A stretch of 63,288 nt of DNA from Candidatus Omnitrophota bacterium (GTDB taxonomy: Bacteria > Omnitrophota > Gorgyraeia > JABMRN01 > RBG-13-46-9), in NCBI GenBank assembly GCA_013203315.1, contig JABMQJ010000013.1, forward strand, positions 1 through 63,288, given 5' to 3'. Made by a program: the position numbers and the translations under genes. Below, in pieces: positions 19,884 to 28,900 of this stretch; within the stretch, counting starts at the first letter, position 1; every line of letters starts with the position of its first letter. A model generated the notes under the pieces. The model had not been told where the DNA came from, made no database searches, and saw nothing but the letters and a program-made list of their open reading frames with translations.

Positions 19884-19886
19884 CAA
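19858..19886 (-). promoter_or_regulatory. Sigma70-type promoter for gpsA-hom-thrC
   Basis: TTGACT-17 nt-TATTAT with TG extended -10 on the minus strand. Confidence 0.65.
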
Positions 19887-19910
19887 TACTAAGTGAAATA
19901 AAGAGAAGTT

Positions 19911-19927
19911 GGGTGGGTGGGATAGGG
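19911..19927 (+). other. Canonical G-quadruplex-forming motif GGGTGGGTGGGATAGGG
   Basis: Four G3 tracts with 1/1/3-nt loops in an otherwise AT-rich 62-nt intergenic gap. Confidence 0.8.
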
Positions 19928-19929
19928 CT

Positions 19930-22900
19930 TTATATCGACTTCATGACATCCTTATGGCATCTCTGCCAGTCGGCAATGGTCTCGAAGAGGGTCTTCATTC
20001 GCAGTGCGTGTTTAAAGAGGTATTTGAATAGATCTTCTAAGCTATTAACGCCTTCAACGCTATTCTCAGCTATTTTGCTTAAGTGGTCTTTTATGTCTCT
20101 GATTCCGGATTGATCACCTGTATTGCGGCAATCTGCGATAAGGCGCGCTAATGCCCCGCGGTTAGCCAGGTCCGGATATTCGTAATCAGTGCATGCATCG
20201 GGGATGACAGTAACATTTGCCTCGTCTTGATATTTGCCATGTGACTTTCCTGCAAGTTGCGGGCCATCTTCCATTTCTGCAGCAAACGAGACGATATGCA
20301 TTTTAGTAAGTTTTTCTATTAAGCCTTCCATTTCTTCTTTGTGAGCTTTTCCTTGCTTTGCCAATTCGCTTATCTTATGTTGTAACTTATGCAATGTTTC
20401 CATTGCCCTATCCACGGCTTTCCAGTAATTTTCCTCTGTCTTCGCGGGATCGTCCGGATCTACTTCATATGGTATTACCTGATCTGTGTCCATTTCCCTA
20501 TGATAAGAAGAATCTTCCAGGATTCCGAAACCGGCCTTGGCTAAATCTTTGTTTAGATCCTTAATTGTCTGCATGACTCTATTATGTTCACCCATTCCCT
20601 TTGCCCCCTTAGGCACCGGAATCGGTACTATAGCCTTAACTATATCTCCTGCCCGGACAACCTTACTGTATCCGTCGATCGCAGCGCCTTTACGTGCTTC
20701 GACAGTGTCTGGTTTTGGCACACTTGGAGAAACGTCTGTCGGTTCCAAAGCTGTAACTTGTGGCGGCTCTGCAGCAGCAGGTTCATCCCTATAATCATTC
20801 CTACGGAATACTGTCAACATTCCGTTGTTACTTTTGAAGTAATCGAAATATTTTCCTATCTCGTCTCCATTTTCAAAAACTGCTCCGGGAAGCCCAGCCA
20901 CGGCAAAACAAGCCCCTGGCTTCATGCTTCTAAGATGTCCTAACAATTCCATGGCAAAGGGAACCCCGTCTTCTAATTTGTTTTTCGGTGTATCGGGAAA
21001 TGTAAAGTAGAAATAAATAACGTCATACGACGATACATCAGTATTTAAAACATCGGCTATCTCAAAGGTCAATTGCTCACCTGGAATTTCCGCTCTTTCA
21101 GCTATCATTTCGAGGTTTCCTCTTATATAAAGTTCTGTTTTTTCTTTTATTTCAATAGTGTGAACTCTAGCACCGGCTGTTGTGAAGAACGCAGCGGATT
21201 CCCCCCTTCCTGTCCCGATTTCAAGTACAGTTTTGCTTTCATCGATTCCCAGCATAGCAATAAAAGCTCTGATCCATTCCGGGTTTGAAGCTGCATATAT
21301 TCCACCTTTGACGTCAAATAGCGGACTCGGTGGCCTCTCTATCGCCTCAAGCTGTGGTATCATTTCAAGAATAGCGTTCCATTTATTCAGATCCGGAGTA
21401 ACATTAGTACTACCTATACCAGGCATGAGAAAGAGTTTGGGGATAGCCTTACCCTGGCCCCTCGCCGGTTCCGGACTTGCGGCGCGGGACACGTCTTCAA
21501 GCCGTCTGAACCATTCAAGAAATCTACGCGGGTTCTGTTCTTTTGAGAACGTCTTAAAATAGAGCTTCTGTTCTTCTCTGTCTCGCGGAAGTTCCACAGG
21601 TTCCAACCCTGCCCTTCGCCTCAGAATATTCATAATGTCCCAGCCTGTCCGCGTATTGCCGTCATAGAAAGGATGGATAACTTGGTGAAAAAGCCAGAAA
21701 GCGATCGCCGCGTGGGTTGAGGGATTTCCTAAGTCAATATCTTCCCACGAACTCTTATCGCTGATCCATTCGCCCAGTGAAGCGAAGGAACGCGGGTCTA
21801 CGCAAGTATCGTGCGGCAGGTTAATCCACTTTAGAAAATCGACGACCTGCTGAGAAATTACTTTATGATTATCAAACTGCGCTACTATGTTTCCGTCAAA
21901 ATCTTCAACTCCAATTGACGTTGAACGATATGGCGCAATCGGTAGCGCCAGTTCAAACGATAATATCTCCCTGACGGTACCATGTTCTGCAGTCCAGTAT
22001 AAATAACTTAGCTGTCGAATATCGATTTCGGTAATCGCTCTACTTGACTCAGCGAGTTCCGAGACAAAATCTCTGATAAGTTGGTAAAGTCGTTGCCACG
22101 TCTCTTCTACTCCTCCGGGCTTATAACCCGTGTTAATAGCTTCGGCGGCAGAGGTTTTTGTTACCCGGGATCTAAGTAAATCAACTAATCTACTTTTCGC
22201 AGATGCTCTTCTTACAAAGAAGTATCCGTATCGTCCCTCATTTCCGGGCTCTGTTGCTTCTGTGAACATGGCACCTGCATATCCGTTATTCGCAAGCAAA
22301 TATTGTACTACAAAAAATGCAAGACGGTAATGACCGGACGCAGTATGCGGAATCGGTATACCTGTTTGTGTTGCGCTAGGCGGTTTATGTTGCTCTGTTA
22401 TTTTATCAAATCCTGGCAATCCGGGAGCAAGGTCTCTTTTTCCTACCTGGCTTACTTTTTCGTCGTGTTCTAGAAGTATCTGGCGCTTAGCAATGTATAT
22501 ATAAAGATCTGCTGCAGCTTCGAAAAGCTCTTCTTCGTTCTCATACTGCCTGTTTGCGACGTCTAATATATTCATATCGGCTGGGAGTCGTTCGTTCAAG
22601 GAACGCAATCTTTCAGCGCGTATCGCAGCTGTATATTCAGGATTTCCATTGTCTCCTCTATATAGTTCATATAAATTTAAAAGTTTTTCCCACGTAAGTG
22701 GTTCAAACGGCAGCCTCGCTGCTTCTCTCGGTACTAATACATCATCATTGAAATGTTTGACTGCTTCCATAAAATATTCATTCTCTATCCCTACACTTAC
22801 CAATAGCTTTAAGCTGTCTAAGGGGCCTCTTGTATCTTGTGCAGCTTCTGCTCCTTCCCGGCTCTTCGCCGGTTCCTTGCTCGCGGTTATGCCGATGCCG

Positions 22901-25900
22901 GATATAGGAGAAATGTATTCTACTTCGATTTCTTCGGCTTTCTGCCAATATTCCTTGGCCTTTTCTAGTTGCTTTTCCTTTTTTATACGCTTCATGCGGT
23001 GCGCTCTTGCCTTATCTGATCTAGGAGGAGCAAATGGTACAGTTTTATTAAGCACATTAGATTCTTCCTGACATATATCTACAACATTTCTCCAGGCCAT
23101 TTTATGGGCTTTTGTAAAAAATCTCATTGCCTGTAAGTAACTAAAGCCACTTGAATCGTCTCCATCGCGCCAGTCGGACATTTTTTGTATATCCCACCCA
23201 TGGCGACGTTGCGCCTCATCTAAAGCAATCCTATACTCCTGTTCTTCATGCATGATTTCTAGTTCGACTTCGATTCTATCTCGTGGCAATTCCTTCGTCC
23301 CGGCAGCAACCCATATAATACCTTCGTTCTTGTTTCTTGCGGTAAAGCCGACGTGACCGGTGAAGGGTTGACCATTCACTTCGCCCAGTTTATCTACGGG
23401 AAGTTCTACTACCCATAATCTCTTAGCTTTTTTGCCTTCGCCAATTGTTATGTAATTACCTTGCGCAAGCTTCTCAATCGGTAACCACTTATCTTTTGGC
23501 ACATCATCACCGGATTTTCCTTGATTCTGGTACCACTCCTGAAATGCTTTATACTCCCGCGGTGTAATTCCTTTCGCTTCGGCAATAGCCTCTAAATTAT
23601 CGCCCAGCGTTTCAACTATGCAATCGTTAAGATTTCCCGCTCTTCTATGCGGTAGTATCCCTGCCTCTGAAACGCCAATGCCTCCTTCGTCGCTTTCCGG
23701 TATGTGCGCAGTGGGGTCCGGGACACCATATCTGCGCTGTAAGTCTAACACAAAAAGACGGCCTCGTTTTGTCTCCCTTTTTGCTTCTTCAACCATCATA
23801 TCAGCGCAATCGCTATAAAGAATGTTGACAAGCCTCTTTTCTCCCCGTGAATGAAGTGTAAAATATCTATATTGTCCGGTTTCTGCAACAGCACCGATAG
23901 ATGCGCTTAGAAGACCTCTGGCAATGCCCTTACCTTCATATCCTTTTCTAGTTGCTATACCAACTAGATAATATGCTTCTTCGGCATTTATAGACGTTAT
24001 ATATTTTTTCTTATCAGCCTTTCCTGGTTCTGCGCATGTTACGCATCCGACAATTTTTCCGTTAGCTCGGGCGATAAAAGTTACGGCTCGAGGATTCTTC
24101 ATAGTATTTATCATTCGATCTATCCATGGTCTCCCAAATGCAAAAGAGCTCCACAAAAGCTCCCTTAATTCCTCTTCATTAGTTGCATCTTTGATAGTTT
24201 CCATGGAAATTTCTACACCGCTTACCAAGGGTATTGTAGAAATTGGGGACGGTTCTGGTTTTTCGTCCTTCGCCGGTTCCTCGGCCGCAGCTTGCTCATT
24301 CATCTTACGCGCCTCTGTAGGCAGCATGTCTTCATCTAAGGGTGGTGCTCTCTCGCCGATGGCTTTCATTTCGGCATCGTCCTCTGCCTCGGCTCGAGTC
24401 ATTCCCTCAATTGCATTGATTTCAGCGAGGAGAAGATCGCGCTGTTCTGGTGACATATTTAGTTCACGGGTTCGCCTGCGCATGTAATCCCAATTTATCC
24501 CATCTGTCTTTTGTCTTTCTGACAGGTTAAGTTCTACTACAAAACCGTGGCGGTTTGTAGAATCTAACGATTCCTGAATACCTGCAACAGGTAATTCACT
24601 ATCGCCAAGGTCATATGCCAGGTAACATTTTCTGCCGCTTATATTTCTTTCATATAAATTTTGCTGCAATACAACACTTCGGTCTATATCATTGAAAAAA
24701 ACTGTTAAGAGCAGCAAATCTTCAAAGCTGGTGTGCCTTTCTAGGATTTCCCCATTACTATATGTGTCGGTAATTTTGGTAAGCGTTGTCCCGTCTTGTA
24801 ATACCCTTATTTCTGCCAAATTATCGAAACCGACCTCTTGCGCTCTCTTAAATACATCTATTTCATTATTAAGGCCTCTTTTACTCAAAATTCCGCTATC
24901 TTCGGCATTATATGCAAAAAATAGTTGTCCATCCGGAGCTTCGTAAATTTTAGCCAATATCGAAAGTGTATAAACATCTCTTGAGAGAACCCACCCATCA
25001 GGATATTCTGACAAACAATCCAAATCAACAGGATCAAACACATGAAGTTTCCCATCCGGCCCTAACTTAACAGCAGAACTGATATCGTGTGTGATATAAT
25101 TTCCTGGATCCGTAATATCATATGCATCGTCGCCCTCTTTTGACGACGGGCCGAGGATTGTTTCTCCCTTTTCGTCGCGGTGGAATTTCTTTAAAAGTGC
25201 TATGAAACGCTTTATGGGGGAAACGATGGGCCCTCCGTTTGCAATATATGTGCCAAAAGTAACAAGGCCACCCATGGCAATAAGTAAAGGAAGATTGACC
25301 GGCCAGTCACCTAAAATAGACCCTTCAAGAAGAACCAGCAGAATCGTTCCGGAGGCTGCAATAGGCGCAAGATGCGTAACACCGAAACCCTTTATCCCTT
25401 GAGCTTTATACATAAAGTAATAACTCAGTGGGAAAAGGATTGCCGTACCGAAAATAAGCAAAGGATGTAAAATGAGAGAAAAGGCGCTCGCGCCTGAGAG
25501 GTATAATACAAAAGTAACCGCAGCAAAAACTGTCGCTGCCAGTTTGTATCCATATTTTACCGTAAGCAATTGCGCTTGCGGGTTAGATTCTTCGGATTCA
25601 CGCTGCCGGCTAAAGAATGTTTTGTGGATTACCTGCCTTATTGCAAGTGAAAGAGCCGAAATTACTACGGCTACGATACCGATAATCGCTAGTCCCGGCA
25701 TTCCTGTGTTTGCCCCATTACTTAAGAAACTTACAACCGTCAGCACCCCGATTAGGGTAAGAGCATTTCCGATAAGTTTCCTGGGCGTTATGGATTCCTT
25801 AAGAATAAATCTGCCTAAAAGTAGTCCAAATATCACAGCCGCTTGAGAAGCGAAAGCGGCTGTTCTCACATTGACTAATGATAGCCCGAAATGAAAAGAT

Positions 25901-28900
25901 GCGCCGCATATAATATGCGCAAAAACCGAACCCCAGAAGACGAGCCTCTTATCTTTTACATCAAGTTTTTCATAGAATTCACGTTCAGGGGAAATGACAT
26001 CGCGAATACTTTTTCTTTCGCCTTTTTTGTCTTTCACCAAATAAGAAATAAGATAGGCAACGGACATCCAGACGCTTGCAAAAAACGCCAGGCTAAACAT
26101 GTATTGAACCGCCACTATCTCCTGCATGCTTCCACTGGCAACTTCAGGCATATAGGAACTCAAGACAATTTTGCTCAATACTATGCCTAATGAGGCTACT
26201 ATTACACCTATGGCGGCTAAGAAGGAACCCTTTAATCGCCCGTCTTGACCTTGAGACGGTTCTTGTTTTTCATCCCTCGCCGGTTCCGCGACCGCTGCCA
26301 TCCTGGCGCATGCCCCGACAAGAGGATCGTTTAAAATCGAAACCGCTAGATCAGGTTTACCTGAAACAGGTCGGAGATCTTTATAACTCGGACTTGTCGG
26401 CGATAACGGTTTAAACTTGTTTTTATCTTCGATCAACCGGCCAAATTCGACTTCCAGATTGCCGTTCTGATTACGAAAGACACGAGCAGCAATAGGTGTA
26501 GTCATATAACGTGGAACTATACCCGTTTCTACTATAGCAATTGTATTACTTGCGCTGACTCTTTGCGAATCAAACTCGCGCACAAACATATGATCGGGAT
26601 ATTTAATAATAGGGACACCGGTCACATCCAGATCGTTTACAATAGAATTTTTATCAAAAGATAAGCCTTCAGGGCCTTTTGTTGATCCCTCCACAAGCAT
26701 AGGCCATCCTCTCTTTATGCCTAACTTTAAGTTATATTGTCTATGGGTAAGCCAGTTTAGGAGAAGTGCTATTGGGCCTGTTATGGGCGCTAATGTATAT
26801 ACGGCTTCCAGATATGGCATGTTTGCAAGAAGCGCAGGTATAATAGGTACGCCCAGTACGGGAATAAGCATCGCTACCCATATGCCTAGTATGCCGAGGG
26901 ATCTATATAGGTAGTCCTTCCATGTCTTATTTTCATGCAAGAATAGGAACCATGGCAGGAAGGTTTGGGGGATTTCTCTCCAGGCTGCGTACTTGGCTAT
27001 AAAGAGTTTCTCTTCTCTTGTCAGATCTTCCCATGTTGTATCTTCTGTCTTACCCAGCTTCTTTAGAGCTTTTTTGAAGGTAGCTTTGGTGGTGAGGGGG
27101 GCTGGTGGCTGGGTGTCGTCGGTTTCTCCTCCGGTATCCGCTAACATAGAATCTATCGGGCTTGTTGTAAGCTTACCATCTACCTCGTCATAATATCGTA
27201 TCAGAAGTGATTGGAGTAGTTCCCTTATCTCTCCGCTTATTTTATCCGATTTGAGGGCATTAAACATTGTATCTACTGCGTATTCCCGAACGTCTTGAGA
27301 GATTTGGTCCCTTGAAGCGAAATTAAACAACTCCCTCGCGCATAATGCTCTTGCATCTTCAAGCGTGTCCGGATAATAAGCCATGATATACGCCAAGCTG
27401 TCCACAGCCTCTTTTGTAGCCTCGCTACGCAACAAATGCAACAAGCTCCTAATGGTAGCACCATCTACATCTTGTGTTTTTACGCCTAATGCAGCACCTT
27501 TAGTAACACGCTTTGATAGCCTCACCTTATAATAGTTAAGTAGTCTCACCGCCAATATAGTGACGAGAGCAATTGAGCCCGTAAATGCAACCGGCCAACC
27601 AATGGAACGCAACTCCGGTGGCATAATGATGAGCACCATTGCTAACGCTGAAATTACTGTCCACAGGGTTTTTCTTTTTGGGTCAAGACTACCTTCTTCA
27701 TCTTCATTAAAATCTCTTATAATACTTAGGACGATTCCTGCCAGGCCGAGAGTAAGGAAATTGGTTGGGGAGAGTCCGCCAGATGTATCGTCTTTAGCAG
27801 TAAGACCTGTTTTTTCAGAATACAAATCTTCGCCGTAAACAATGGGAAGTTCTGAAATTTCCACTCCAGCATTTCTTTCAGCAGCGAGAAGCCCTATAAT
27901 TTCGTTTGTATAGACATCTGCCTTACGGCAATATAAACATTCTTGCGGATCAATAGGTAGTAAATCACTTTGTTTTCTCTGCAATAAAACGGGTACCGTG
28001 TCGGTTTCCACATCTGTACCAGTAAATAATTCAAACTGTGGCTCTCTATTTGCAGGTTGTGATTTTGTTATACATGCATATACAGTGTCTGACCCAAAAG
28101 AATAAGCAACGCTTAGATTACCGGCAGCCACGGGGCAATTATGCATCTGTGGTAAAGATTCACGCGGTATTACATCACTCGCATTCAGCATTTCTTTTTG
28201 CATTATATATTGTGAAAATTTATCATCGAAAAATATAGAGACGCCGTTGATCTTTCCATTTTTTCTCTGATAATATGTTTTTTCCAGCACTTCCAAGATC
28301 GCGGTGTTATACTCGCCCTTGCCTTGGATAGCTGTAAAATTGACAAAGTCTATTCCTAAATCTTTTGCCAATAGAATAAAATCATCAACCTCTTGATAAT
28401 TCTGCTCACCTACAACAAAGCCCATTCCTATTCGTAACCGTGTTTCTCCTGCTAATGCACGCTCATTTCGTAGCTCTACGGATCTACGAATGGTTTCTAC
28501 AATTCTCCCATATCTATGTTCCATCTCTCTTCTTCCGGCACCTTCCAATTTTAACGCCCCAAATGTTTCCGGAGTTGCCGCATCAATTGAGAAGAAAAGT
28601 CTGTTTACTTTCAATACACACATTTCAATATCAGATTCACTCAAGAGTTCGCCGTTTGTATAAATCGAAAGATAAATGTCGGATCCTCTATTGCGTATTT
28701 CATCTACATAAAGTTGCAGGCTTTCATAGAATGGTTCGCCGCTTCCGCTAAGATTTATCTTTTTCACTCCCATTCCTATGAATTGGTCTATTACTTCAAT
28801 CCTTCTCTCCTCTCCGGCAATACTGATTGGAGGTCCTCCTTCAATAATTATCAACTCACCATCAGCAGTTAGTCTCGTAGCGTTGAAACAATGTGCACAT

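Noticed and set aside
27088-27115. Second G-rich run inside the giant gene
   Set aside because: Mostly G2 tracts, explained by Pro-rich coding (TQPPAPLTT)
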